Translations under genes and position numbers: made by a program | Notes under the pieces: generated by a model | Database searches by the model: none | Told to the model about the DNA's origin: nothing | The model's input: the letters and a program-made list of their open reading frames with translations, nothing else | Shown here: positions 23,974 through 35,572 of the stretch, piece after piece | Layout of the letters: every line of letters begins with the position of its first letter | Position numbering within the stretch: position 1 is the stretch's first letter | Source: Macrostomum lignano | Taxonomy: Eukaryota | Assembly: GCA_002269645.1 (NCBI GenBank) | Contig: NIVC01002145.1 | Location: forward strand, 124,001 to 188,000 | Length of the DNA: 64,000 bases | Direction: 5' to 3'

Positions 23974-26900
23974 CAAAAGCAGCAAAGTCGCTACAAATGC
24001 GATGCGAGACTTATATTTTGTCTGTGCTTTCTGCGGCCTTCGACTCTTATTGCGAATTCGTCTTTGGCGCTGCGGCTTCTGAGGTGTCGCAGCCTCTGCA
24101 GCCGGTACACTGCAACCCGCGCCTCCAAGGAACCGTTGCTGCAAAGCGGCCCGGGTTTGCAACACTTTCTGCAAGATGCTGCTTTGCAAAAGAAGATGCA
24201 GCAATCGGATCTATCTAATCACTTTGGAAAGTCAGGTTAGCGTAGCTTGCTTTGTTTCTCTCACCGCCTCTGACCTCATTCCCTTCAGTACCAGCCTCAT
24301 TCCCTTCAGTACCCGCCTCATTCCCTTCAGTACCCGCCTCATTCCCTTCAGTACCCGCCTCATTCCCTTCAGTACCCGCCTCATTCCCTTCAGTACCAGC
24401 CTCATTCCCTTCAGTACCAGCCTCATTCCCTTCAGTACCCGCCTCATTCCCTTCAGTACCAGCCTCATTCCCTTCAGTACCCGCCTCATTCCCTTCAGTA
24501 CCCGCCTCATTCCCTTCAGTACCAGCCTCATTCCCTTCAGTACCAGCCTCATTCCCTTCAGTACCCGCATCATTCCCTTCAGTACCAGCCTCATTCCCTT
24601 CAGTACCAGCCTCATTCCCTTCAGTACCAGCCTCATTCCCTTCAGTACCCGCCACATTCCCCTCAGTTCTCGCCTCGTTCTCCTTAGTACCCGCCTCATT
24701 CCCTTTCAGTACCCCCTTCATTACCCTCAGTTCCAGCCTCATTCCCCTCAGTACCCGCCTCATTCCCCTCAGTACCCGCCTCATTCCCCTCAGTATTCAT
24801 AGAGACTCGCGGCTGCCAGATGAACTTCGCCGACACGGAGGTTGTCATGTCGATTTTAACAAAGGCCGGCTACAGAATTGTGTCGTCCGGGCAAGAGGTA
24901 GGCAGCGTTGGGGTATTCATCACAATGCAATAGTAGCCTTTTCTACTTGCAGTAGTTAAGAGGGATATTTCCACTCCTATTTTTGCAGGCAAATATTTAC
25001 TTAATAATGACTTGCGCTATTCGCGAAGGAGCCGAGAATAAAATTAGAAAAAAGTTGCACTGGCTGTCAAACCTGAAACAGCATCGGCCGCACACTGTGG
25101 GCGTATTAGGTAAGCTGCTTTATGATGTCACACCTGTGAGTAGGAGTAGTGATTGTTCACCAATATGTGTTCACACACCTGTGACTAGGCTTAGCGACTG
25201 TTCACCAATATGTGTTCACACACCTGTGACTAGGATTAGCGACTTCACACACGTGACTAGGATTAGCGACTGTTCACCAATGTGTTCACACACCTGGGAC
25301 TAGGAGTAGTGACTGTTCACCAATGTGTTCACACACCTGTGACTAGGATTAGCGACTGTTCACCAATATGTGTTCACACCTGTGAGTAAGAGAGTAGTGA
25401 CTGTTCACCAATATGTGTTCACACACATGTGACTAGGAGTAGTGACTGTTCACCAATGTGTGTTCACACCTGTGACTAAGAGAGTAGGGACTGTTCACCA
25501 ATACGTGTATGCCACACACACACACACACACACACACACAAGCACACACACACAGCTACCGCTTCAGTACTACAATCTGTTAAATTTTCTCCCGCTAGGC
25601 TGCATGGCTGAGAGACTCAAATCGAAGCTATTCGACGAGTCGTCCGTGGTTCGCGTCATCTGCGGTCCGGACGCGTACAGAGACCTGCCCAGACTGCTGG
25701 CGGATGCTGACAGCGGGCAAAGGGGCGGTGCGTGACTGACTGTAGACTGCGGGCTGTCACGGGTGTCATAACTAGCTCATTGATGGGTGTCATAGACAGT
25801 TCATTGATGGGTGTCATAGACAGTTCATTGTTGGGTGTTATAGACAGCTCATTGATGGGTGTTATAGACAGTTCATTGATGGGTGTCATAAGCAGCTCAT
25901 TGATGGGTGTCATAAGCAGCTCATTGATGGGTGTCATAGACAGCTCATTGATGGGTGTCATAGACAGTTCATTGATGGGTGTCATAAGCAGCTCATTGAT
26001 GGGTGTCATAGACAGCTCATTGATGGGTGTCATAGACAGTTCATTGATGGGTGTCATAGACAGTTCATTGATGGGTGTCATAAGCAGCTCATTGTTGGGT
26101 GTCATAAGCAGCTCATTGTTGGGTGTCATAGACAGCTCATTGATAAGTGTCATAAGCAGCTCATTGATGGGTGTCATAGACAGCTCATTGATGGGTGTCA
26201 TAGACAGCTCATTGATGGGTGTCATAGACAGTTCATTGATGGGTGTCATAAGCAGCTCATTGATGGGTGTCATAGACAGTTCATTGATGGGTGTCATAAG
26301 CAGCTCATTGATGGGTGTCATAGACAGCTCATTGATGGGTGTCATAGACAGTTCATTGATGGGTGTCATAGACAGTTCATTGATGGGTGTCATAAGCAGC
26401 TCATTGTTGGGTGTCATAAGCAGCTCATTGTTGGGTGTCATAGACAGCTCATTGATAAGTGTCATAAGCAGCTCATTGATGGGTGTCATAGACAGCTCAT
26501 TGATGGGTGTCATAGACAGCTCATTGATGGGTGTTATAGACAGCTCATTGATGGGTGTCATAGACAGTTCATTGATGGGTGTCATAAGCAGCTCATTGAT
26601 GGGTGTCATAGACAGCTCATTGATGGGTGTTATAGACAGTTCATTGATGGGTGTTATAGACAGCTCATTGATGGGTGTTATAGACAGCTCATTGATGGGT
26701 GTTATAGACAGCTCATTGATGGGTGTTATAGACAGCTCATTGATGGGTGTCATAGACAGTTCATTGATGGGTGTCATAAACAGCTCATTGATGGGTGTCA
26801 TAAGCAGCTCATTGATGGGTGTCATAGACAGCTCATTGATGGGTGTCATAAGCAGCTCATTGATGGGTGTCATAGACAGCTCATTGATGGGTGTCATAAG

Positions 26901-29610
26901 CAGCTCATTGATGGGTGTCATTGACAGCTCATTGATGGGTGTCATTGACAGCTCATTGATGGGTGTCATAGACAGCTCATTGATGGGTGTCATAAGCAGC
27001 AGCTCATTGATGGGTGTCATAAGCAGCTCATTGTTGGGTGTCATAGACAGCTCATTAATGGGTGTCATAAGCAGCTCATTGATGGGTGTCAGAAGCAGCT
27101 CATTGATGGGTGTCACACAACCCCCGCAGCCAACACGCAGCTGTCCCTAGAGGAAACTTACGCAGACGTGAACCCGATCCGGGCCCAGCCCGAGTCCCCA
27201 GCAGCATTTGTGTCCATCATGCGCGGCTGTGACAATCATTGCGCATTCTGCGTTGTGCCGCAGACGCGCGGCAGAGAGCGGTCGACACCGGCGGACGCCG
27301 TGGCGGATCAAGTCGGCCGCCTGGTGGACGGAGGCGTCCGCGAGGTCACCCTGCTTGGCCAGAACGTCAACAGCTATCGGGACGTCAGCTCCGCAGGCGT
27401 GTTCGCCGCTGGCCGGACGCCCGGCTTCTCGGCCGTCTACGCCGAACGAATCGGCGGGCTGCAATTCCCGGACCTGTTGGACAGGCTGAGCGCCGGATAT
27501 CCGGCCTGTCGGTTTCGCTTCACTTCGCCGCATCCGAAAGATTTCCCAGCCAGCCTGCTGCAGCTGATTGGGGAGCGGCCCAACTTAGCCAAACAGCTGC
27601 ACCTGCCGGCGCAGAGCGGCTCCACCGCCGTGCTGCAACGGATGCGGCGAGGCTACAGTCGGGAGGCCTACCTGCGACTGGTTGACGACGCCCGGGCCGC
27701 GGTGCCAAATCTGGCCATCACCGGGGATATCATCTGCGGATTCTGCGGCGAGACGGAGGCTGATCACGAGGATACGCTGGAGCTGCTGCGGCTGGTGCGT
27801 TACAGCTTTGTGTACCACTATGCCTATAGCGTGAGAGAGCGGACCAGGGCCCACCGGCTGATGAAGGATGATGTGCCCGAGGAGGTTAAGGTGACGGTTT
27901 TGTTTACCTGATTCTTATTTACTTTGGGAGCTGTGCGTTGCTTTTTGGTTAGACTTTGAGGTATGAGGTAGATGTCAGGTAGATTTCATGTAGATATCAT
28001 GTAGATATCAGTCAGGTAGATATCATGTAGATGTCAGGTAGATGTCAGGTAGATGTCAGGTAGATGTCAGGTAGATTTCATGTAGATATCATGTAGATAT
28101 CAGTCAGGTAGATATCATGTAGATGTCAGGTAGATGTCAGGTAGATGTCAGGTAGATGTCAGGTAGATTTCATGTAGATTTCATGTAGATGTCAGGTAGA
28201 TGTCAGGTAGATGTCAGGTATATTTCATGTAGATTTCATGTAGATTTCATGTAGATGTCAGGTAGATTTCATGTAGATTTCATGTAGATGTCATGTAGAT
28301 GTCAGGTAGATGTCAGGTAGATTTCAAGTAGATGTCAGGTAGATTTCAGGTAGATGTCAGGTAGATTTCAAGTAGATGTCAGGTAGATTTCAGGTAGATG
28401 TCAGGTAGATTTCGGGTAGATGTCAGGTAGATGTCAGGTAGATGTCAGGTAGATGTCAGGTAGATGTCAGGTAGATGTCAGGTAGATGTCAGGTAGATGT
28501 CAGGTAGATGTCAGGTAGATGTCAGGTAGATGTCAGGTAGATGTCATGTAGATGTCAGGTAGATGTCATGTAGATTTCATGTAGATGTCAGGTAGATGTC
28601 ATGTATATGAGAGATGTCAGGTAAATGTCAGGTAGATGTCATGTAGATGTCAGGTAGATGTCATGTAGATTTCATGTGGATGTCAGGTAGATGTCAGGTA
28701 GATGAGAGATGTCAGGTAGATTTCATGTAGATGTCAGGTAAATGTCAGGTAGATGTCAGGTAGATGAGAGATGTCAGGTAGATTTCATGTAGATGTCAGG
28801 TAAATGTCAGGTAGATGTCAGGTAGATGAGAGATGTCAGGTAGATTTCATGTAGATGTCAGGTAAATGTCAGGTAGATGTCAGGTAGATGTCATGTAGAT
28901 ATCAGTCAGGTAGATGTCATGTAGATGTCAGGTAGATTTCATGTAGATATCATGTAGATATCAGTCAGGTAGATGTCATGTAGATGTCAGGTAGATGTCA
29001 GGTAGATGTCAGGTAGATGTCAGGTAGATTTCATGTAGATATCATGTAGATATCAGTCAGGTAGATATCATGTAGATGTCAGGTAGATGTCAGGTAGATG
29101 TCAGGTAGATGTCAGGTATATTTCATGTAGATGTCATGTAGATGTCAGGTAGATGTCAGGTAGATTTCATGTAGATGTCAGGTAAATGTCAGGTAGATTT
29201 CAGGTAGACATCTACCCAGCCATCGGTTGCTATGGATACCGTGTACATCATTGCAGATGCGCCGCAGCGCCGAGGTCGATCGGGTGTTCCGCGACATCGC
29301 CAGCGCCGACAACCAGCTGTCTGTCGGGCAGCACCAGCTGGTTCTCATCGAAGGCGACAGTCGGCGCTCCGCTGACTGGTGGCGCGGCCGCAACGACCAG
29401 GGCATCCGGGTGCTGCTGCCCAAGCTGCCGCAGTCTGCGCAGCGAATTCACCAGTTCGACATTCGCGTCGGTGATTTCGTTGCCGCCCGAGTCGACAGCG
29501 CCGGCGCGCAGACGCTGCTGGCCGAGCCGCTGGCGCCGGTGCCCGACGGACCGGCCGGGTTTGCCAGCGCTCTGGCCGAACTGGACAGCTCCCGCCCGCT
29601 GCCGGCTTAG
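23974..29610 (+). CDS. CDK5RAP1: CDK5RAP1 mitochondrial tRNA methylthiotransferase (MiaB-like radical SAM + TRAM), 6 exons; start unresolved
   Basis: Exons (?)-24235, 24794-24897, 24989-25109, 25599-25727, 27130-27890, 29257-29610, phase-consistent. Motifs [51 protein letters not shown], radical [28 protein letters not shown], terminal TRAM exon. Confidence 0.93.
24268..24793. repeat. 21-bp minisatellite in CDK5RAP1 intron 1 whose unit reproduces the intron 3' splice site (CCTCATTCCCTTCAG|TACCCG)
   Basis: About 25 units; the last unit supplies the real acceptor CCCCTCAG|TATTC at 24793. Confidence 0.93.
25135..25552. repeat. About 44-bp minisatellite plus (CA)n in CDK5RAP1 intron 3
   Basis: CACACCTGTGACTAGGAGTAGTGACTGTTCACCAATATGTGTT units; CA microsatellite at 25513-25552. 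Confidence 0.88.
25760..27115. repeat. 24-bp minisatellite in CDK5RAP1 intron 4 (TCATTGATGGGTGTCATAGACAGC)
   Basis: About 56 units; same family as 48690-49255. Confidence 0.95.
27968..29200. repeat. 11-bp minisatellite in CDK5RAP1 intron 5 (GTAGATGTCAG)
   Basis: About 110 units; shorter copies at 32298-32660 and 35752-36115. Confidence 0.95.
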
Positions 29611-29616
29611 GGGCCC

Positions 29617-29975
29617 TCCCTCTGCCCTCCCTTCTGCCCTCTCTGCCCTCCTCTCTGCCCTCCCCTCTGCCCTCCCCTCTGCCCTCTACTCTTCCCTCCC
29701 CTCTGCCCTCCCTTCTGCCTCCCCTCTGCCCTCCCCTCTGCCCTCCCCTCTGCCCTCCCCTCTGCCCTCCCCTCTGCCCTCTACTCTGCCCTCCCCTCTG
29801 CCCTCCCCTCTGCCCTCCCCTCTGCCCTCCCCTCTGCCCTCCCCTCTGCCCTCCCCTCTGCCCTCCCCTCTGCCCTCCCCTCTGCCCTCCCCTCTGCCCT
29901 CCCCTCTGCCCTCCCCTCTGCTCTCCCCTCTGCTCTCCCCTCTGCCATCCTTTCTGCCCTCCCTCTGCACTCCCC
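29617..29975. repeat. 12-bp C-rich minisatellite TCTGCCCTCCCC directly after the CDK5RAP1 stop (copies at 33070-33430 and 36525-36900)
   Basis: Tandem units; the G-rich opposite strand has G4 potential. Confidence 0.92.
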
Positions 29976-30299
29976 TATGCCCTCCTCTCACTCTCCCCCC
30001 CTCTCCCATTTTCCTTCTCATCCTTTTTGCATATGACCTTTCTCCCCTGACTGACTCCGCAACATAATTTCTAGCGCATTTTTACGAGCAAACTTTCTGC
30101 AGGGCTGGAACACCGTTTAATTGAGTTGCTTGATACCATGGTGTGCTTTAAGTCTTACCGGTACTGTGTTCCAATGCCTATGACTTCGATTGTTGTCAAT
30201 CAGTTCTCCTTAGTTATAGCTTCACACATTCAATTTTGGCCTGTGAATAATAATATTAAGCTTTAATCGGCATCATTTGACAACAATTGACTCAGTCAG

Positions 30300-30600
30300 T
30301 CAGTCAAAACGTTGATGACATCATGAAGAAACTAAGAGACTTCGCCAGCTACTTTGAAAGGCTGGAAGTTCGAAAATGACCAGCTTCTGGTCAACACTGC
30401 CCAGAAAACATGGGCTATTGGTTATCAGCATTGCGGCCGTTGAGCAGATTTGCTTTAGATCTTCACTCTTCAAAGAGGGTGCAGACTTCAAGCCTTTGAG
30501 ATACCTCATGACGGTAAAGTTTTCTCAGGACCCGTTGGAATGCTCATTTGATGCAATCCTGTCGCGTTCGGGACTAACAGTCACCCCAATTTGTGCTAGA
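30300..30600 (+). mobile_element. Degenerate P-element/THAP9-type transposase C-terminal relic (copies at ~33755-34055 and ~37237-37537)
   Basis: Frameshifted KKLRDFASYFERL / GLLVISIAAV...YLMTVKFSQDPLECSFDAILSRSG resembles the P-transposase YLLTYKFS(Q/H)DHLE motif. Confidence 0.7.
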
Positions 30601-30837
30601 GGAAAATATTCACTACGTAGACAGAAAGTTATTTTTAAGACTCAAATCTGAAGCTACGAGCTCTTTACATATGAAACTGTCTATGGCAAAACCTTTAAAA
30701 TCAAGATATGCCTCAATACACAGAACCTTGAGTATTCACACAATCCTCGTATTTGTGAATAGCTCCATATTGAGCAGTCTCAGCACTCTCTGCGATTGTC
30801 ATTTGTCACAGTCAAGGTCACTACCAGCAGCAACAAC

Positions 30838-31347
30838 ATGCACGCACTGCTAGAGGCCAAAGCCTGTCTGATCCACAGCGCCCTCAGCCGGCCAGTGGAT
30901 GGCCAGCAGGTGGTGAACTGCTCAGAGCTGGCCAAGAAGCTGGTGCTAGCCGAGGAGAAGGCTCGCAGGCAGTACATTGAGAACACGCGCAACGCCAAGC
31001 TGCGCCCGATCTACAAGCTGGACGAAGAGAAACTGCAGAGCGACTTTCGAGTGCTGAAGTTTATCGGTTGCGAGCTGTTCTCGCAGACTCTGCCGGATCA
31101 TGTGACTAAATCGGAGCTCGTGGACTTTGTCATTACGGTGTACGGCAACGGCCGAGAGTGCAGCGTGTCCCAGCGGCTGTTCCAGCTGATTGACGGCCAG
31201 AACTCCGGCAGGGTGAACCAGCTGGATTTGACAATTTATTGCGAACCGATTCTGACAAAACCGGTGCTGCAGGAGCTGGCCGGCCTGGGGCAGTCAATTA
31301 ATTTTGATCAGTTTAAACGGCTCAATATTACTAATGCGTACAAGTAG
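30838..31347 (+). CDS. Single-exon 169-aa EF-hand-like protein, copy 1
   Basis: GC-rich coding-like ORF MHALLEAK...NAYK; EF-hand-like loop DGQNSGRVNQLD in a helical context; acceptor TTTGTCACAG at 30811 upstream of the ATG. Confidence 0.6.
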   Translation: MHALLEAKACLIHSALSRPVDGQQVVNCSELAKKLVLAEEKARRQYIENTRNAKLRPIYKLDEEKLQSDFRVLKFIGCELFSQTLPDHVTKSELVDFVITVYGNGRECSVSQRLFQLIDGQNSGRVNQLDLTIYCEPILTKPVLQELAGLGQSINFDQFKRLNITNAYK

Positions 31348-31789
31348 GAGGGCTTTCAGTTTTTATTGCAGGGCGGTTAGCAAACAAACAGGCCAGATCA
31401 AGAATCTAGCTTATGGCTGCTGGCCAGGTGAGAGGAGATCAGAGATGAGAGAAGAGGGAAGAGAAGGGAGAAGTGAGAGAAGAGATCGGAGATGAGAGAA
31501 TGAGTGCTAACACAGGAGTCACCGTGAGAGCACGGCCTAATTAATAATGAATTCATGTTATTAACTTACTGCCCCGAGTTCGGGACCCTGCATGCCCTGC
31601 TGAGACGATATTTTACTACAACTTTTTTTGCATAATCCACCATTCTGCCATCAAGGTCCAGAGTAACCGATCAAAATTGACTTGTTTGCATCTCAAAAAA
31701 ACTGAAGTTTGAAGTCATAAACAATAAGTATTGAAGTCCATTGTTGGCTAAATGATCATGCACTGCTTCCCAGGGAAATTTCGCGTCCT

Positions 31790-32115
31790 AATCTCACCCT
31801 GTCTGTCCTAATCCCCCCTGTCTTAATCTCCCCCTTCTGTCCTAATCTCACCCTTGTCTGTCCTAATCTCACCATTTCTGTCCTAATCTCACCCTGTCTG
31901 TCCTAATCTCACCATTTCTGTCCTAATCTCACCATTTCTGTCCTAATCTCACCCTTTCTGTCTTAATCTCCCCCTTCTGTCTTAATCTCCCCCTTCTGTC
32001 TTAATCTCACCCTTCTGTCCTAATCTCACCCTTTCTGTCCTAATCTCACCCTGTCTGTCCTAATCTCACCCTGTCTGTCCTAATTTCACCATTTCTGTCC
32101 TAATCCCACCCTGTC
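31790..32115. repeat. 20-bp minisatellite CTGTCCTAATCTCACCCTGT (copies at 35240-35570; expanded to ~2 kb at 38725-40700)
   Basis: Tandem units that form the right boundary of each triplicated unit. Confidence 0.95.
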
Positions 32116-32118
32116 TGG

Positions 32119-33064
32119 TGCGGCTGGTGCGTTACAGCTTTGTGTACCACTATGCCTATAGCGTGAGAGAGCGGACCAGGGCTCACCGGCTGATGAAGGA
32201 TGATGTGCCCGAGGAGGTTAAGGTGACGGTTTTGTTTACCTGATTCTTATTTACTTTGGGAGCTGTGCGTTGTATTTGGTTAGACTTTAAGGTATGAGGT
32301 AGATGTCAGGTAGATTTCATGTAGATGCCATGTAGATATCAGTCAGGTAGATGGCAGGTAGATTTCATGTAGATGTCAGGTAAATGTCAGGTAGATGTCA
32401 GGTAGATGTCATGTAGATTTCATGTAGATGTCAGGTAGATGTCAGGTAGATGTCATGTAGATGAGAGATGTCAGGTAAATGTCAGGTAGATGTCATGTAG
32501 ATTTCATGTGGATGTCAGGTAGATGTCAGGTAGATGAGAGATGTCAGGTAGATTTCATGTACATGTCAGATAAATGTCAGGTAGATGTCAGGTAGATGTC
32601 AGGTTGATGTCATGTAGATTTTATGTGGATGTCAGGTAGATGTCAGGAAGAGTTCAGGTAGACATCTACCCAGCCATCGGTTGCTATGGATACCGTGTAC
32701 ATCATTGCAGATGCGCCGCAGCGCCGAGGTCGATCGGGTGTTCCGCGACATCGCCAGCGCCGACAACCAGCTGTCTGTCGGGCAGCGCCAGCTGGTTCTC
32801 ATCGAAGGCGACAGTCGGCGCTCCGCTGACTGGTGGCGCGGCCGCAACGACCAGGGCATCCGGGTGCTGCTGCCCAAGCTGCCGCAGTCTGCGCAGCGAA
32901 TTCACCAGTTCGACATTCGCGTCGGTGATTTCGTTGCCGCCCGAGTCGACAGCGCCGGCGCGCAGACGCTGCTGGCCGAGCCGCTGGCGCCGGTGCCCGA
33001 CGGACCGGCCGGGTTTGCCAGCGCTCTGGCCGAACTGGACAGCTCCCGCCCGCTGCCGGCTTAG
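32119..33064 (+). pseudogene. Duplicated CDK5RAP1 3' fragment (exon 5 tail 32119-32222 plus intact last exon 32711-33064), copy B
   Basis: Near-identical to 27787-27890 and 29257-29610; His-to-Arg SNP at 32787. Confidence 0.85.
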
Positions 33065-34292
33065 GGGCCCTCCCTCTGCCCTCCCTTCTGCCCTCTCTGC
33101 CCTCCTCTCTGCCCTCCCCTCTGCCCTCCCCTCTGCCCTCTACTCTTCCCTCCCCTCTGCCCTCCCTTCTGCCTCCCCTCTGCCCTCCCCTCTGCCCTCC
33201 CCTCTGCCCTCCCCTCTGCCCTCCCCTCTGCCCTCTACTCTGCCCTCCCCTCTGCCCTCCCCTCTGCCCTCCCCTCTGCCCTCCCCTCTGCCCTCCCCTC
33301 TGCCCTCCCCTCTGCCCTCCCCTCTGCCCTCCCCTCTGCCCTCCCCTCTGCCCTCCCCTCTGCCCTCCCCTCTGCTCTCCCCTCTGCTCTCCCCCTCTGC
33401 CATCCTTTCTGCCCTCCCTCTGCACTCCCCTATGCCCTCCTCTCACTCTCCCCCCCTCTCCCATTTTCCTTCTCATCCTTTTTGCATATGACCTTTCTCC
33501 CCTGACTGACTCCGCAACATAATTTCTAGCGCATTTTTACGAGCAAACTTTCTGCAGGGCTGGAACACCGTTTAATTGAGTTGCTTGATACCATGGTGTG
33601 CTTTAAGTCTTACCGGTACTGTGTTCCAATGCCTATGACTTCGATTGTTGTCAATCAGTTCTCCTTAGTTATAGCTTCACACATTCAATTTTGGCCTGTG
33701 AATAATAATATTAAGCTTTAATCGGCATCATTTGACAACAATTGACTCAGTCAGTCAGTCAAAACGTTGATGACATCATGAAGAAACTAAGAGACTTCGC
33801 CAGCTACTTTGAAAGGCTGGAAGTTCGAAAATGACCAGCTTCTGGTCAACACTGCCCAGAAAACATGGGCTATTGGTTATCAGCATTGCGGCCGTTGAGC
33901 AGATTTGCTTTAGATCTTCACTCTTCAAAGAGGGTGCAGACTTCAAGCCTTTGAGATACCTCATGACGGTAAAGTTTTCTCAGGACCCGTTGGAATGCTC
34001 ATTTGATGCAATCCTGTCGCGTTCGGGACTAACAGTCACCCCAATTTGTGCTAGAGGAAAATATTCACTACGTAGACAGAAAGTTATTTTTAAGACTCAA
34101 ATCTGAAGCTACGAGCTCTTTACATATGAAACTGTCTATGGCAAAACCTTTAAAATCAAGATATGCCTCAATACACAGAACCTTGAGTATTCACACAATC
34201 CTCGTATTTGTGAATAGCTCCATATTGAGCAGTCTCAGCACTCTCTGCGATTGTCATTTGTCACAGTCAAGGTCACTACCAGCAGCAACAAC

Positions 34293-34802
34293 ATGCACGC
34301 ACTGCTAGAGGCCAAAGCCTGTCTGATCCACAGCGCCCTCAGCCGGCCAGTGGATGGCCAGCAGGTGGTGAACTGCTCAGAGCTGGCCAAGAAGCTGGTG
34401 CTAGCCGAGGAGAAGGCTCGCAGGCAGTACATTGAGAACACGCGCAACGCCAAGCTGCGCCCGATCTACAAGCTGGACGAAGAGAAACTGCAGAGCGACT
34501 TTCGAGTGCTGAAGTTTATCGGTTGCGAGCTGTTCTCGCAGACTCTGCCGGATCATGTGACTAAATCGGAGCTCGTGGACTTTGTCATTACGGTGTACGG
34601 CAACGGCCGAGAGTGCAGCGTGTCCCAGCGGCTGTTCCAGCTGATTGACGGCCAGAACTCCGGCAGGGTGAACCAGCTGGATTTGACAATTTATTGCGAA
34701 CCGATTCTGACAAAACCGGTGCTGCAGGAGCTGGCCGGCCTGGGGCAGTCAATTAATTTTGATCAGTTTAAACGGCTCAATATTACTAATGCGTACAAGT
34801 AG
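34293..34802 (+). CDS. EF-hand-like protein, copy 2
   Basis: Protein identical to copy 1. Confidence 0.58.
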   Translation: MHALLEAKACLIHSALSRPVDGQQVVNCSELAKKLVLAEEKARRQYIENTRNAKLRPIYKLDEEKLQSDFRVLKFIGCELFSQTLPDHVTKSELVDFVITVYGNGRECSVSQRLFQLIDGQNSGRVNQLDLTIYCEPILTKPVLQELAGLGQSINFDQFKRLNITNAYK

Positions 34803-35572
34803 GAGGGCTTTCAGTTTTTATTGCAGGGCGGTTAGCAAACAAACAGGCCAGATCAAGAATCTAGCTTATGGCTGCTGGCCAGGTGAGAGGAGATCAGAGA
34901 TGAGAGAAGAGGGAAGAGAAGGGAGAAGTGAGAGAAGAGATCGGAGATGAGAGAATGAGTGCTAACACAGGAGTCACCGTGAGAGCACGGCCTAATTAAT
35001 AATGAATTCATGTTATTAACTTACTGCCCCGAGTTCGGGACCCTGCATGCCCTGCTGAGACGATATTTTACTACAACTTTTTTTGCATAATCCACCATTC
35101 TGCCATCAAGGTCCAGAGTAACCGATCAAAATTGACTTGTTTGCATCTCAAAAAAACTGAAGTTTGAAGTCATAAACAATAAGTATTGAAGTCCATTGTT
35201 GGCTAAATGATCATGCACTGCTTCCCAGGGAAATTTCGCGTCCTAATCTCACCCTGTCTGTCCTAATCCCCCTGTCTTAATCTCCCCCTTCTGTCCTAAT
35301 CTCACCCTTGTCTGTCCTAATCTCACCATTTCTGTCCTAATCTCACCCTGTCTGTCCTAATCTCACCATTTCTGTCCTAATCTCACCATTTCTGTCCTAA
35401 TCTCACCCTTTCTGTCTTAATCTCCCCCTTCTGTCTTAATCTCCCCCTTCTGTCTTAATCTCACCCTTCTGTCCTAATCTCACCCTTTCTGTCCTAATCT
35501 CACCCTGTCTGTCCTAATCTCACCCTGTCTGTCCTAATTTCACCATTTCTGTCCTAATCCCACCCTGTCTGG

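Noticed and set aside
25656-27150. 486-aa and 472-aa ORFs (MTPINELS / MGVIDSSL), similarly 48661-49312
   Set aside because: Artefacts of a stop-free 24-bp intronic array lying between bona fide exons.
27130-27890. Bacterial miaB horizontal transfer
   Set aside because: The gene has spliceosomal introns and the eukaryote-specific CDK5RAP1 N-terminal GPxxQHFL motif.
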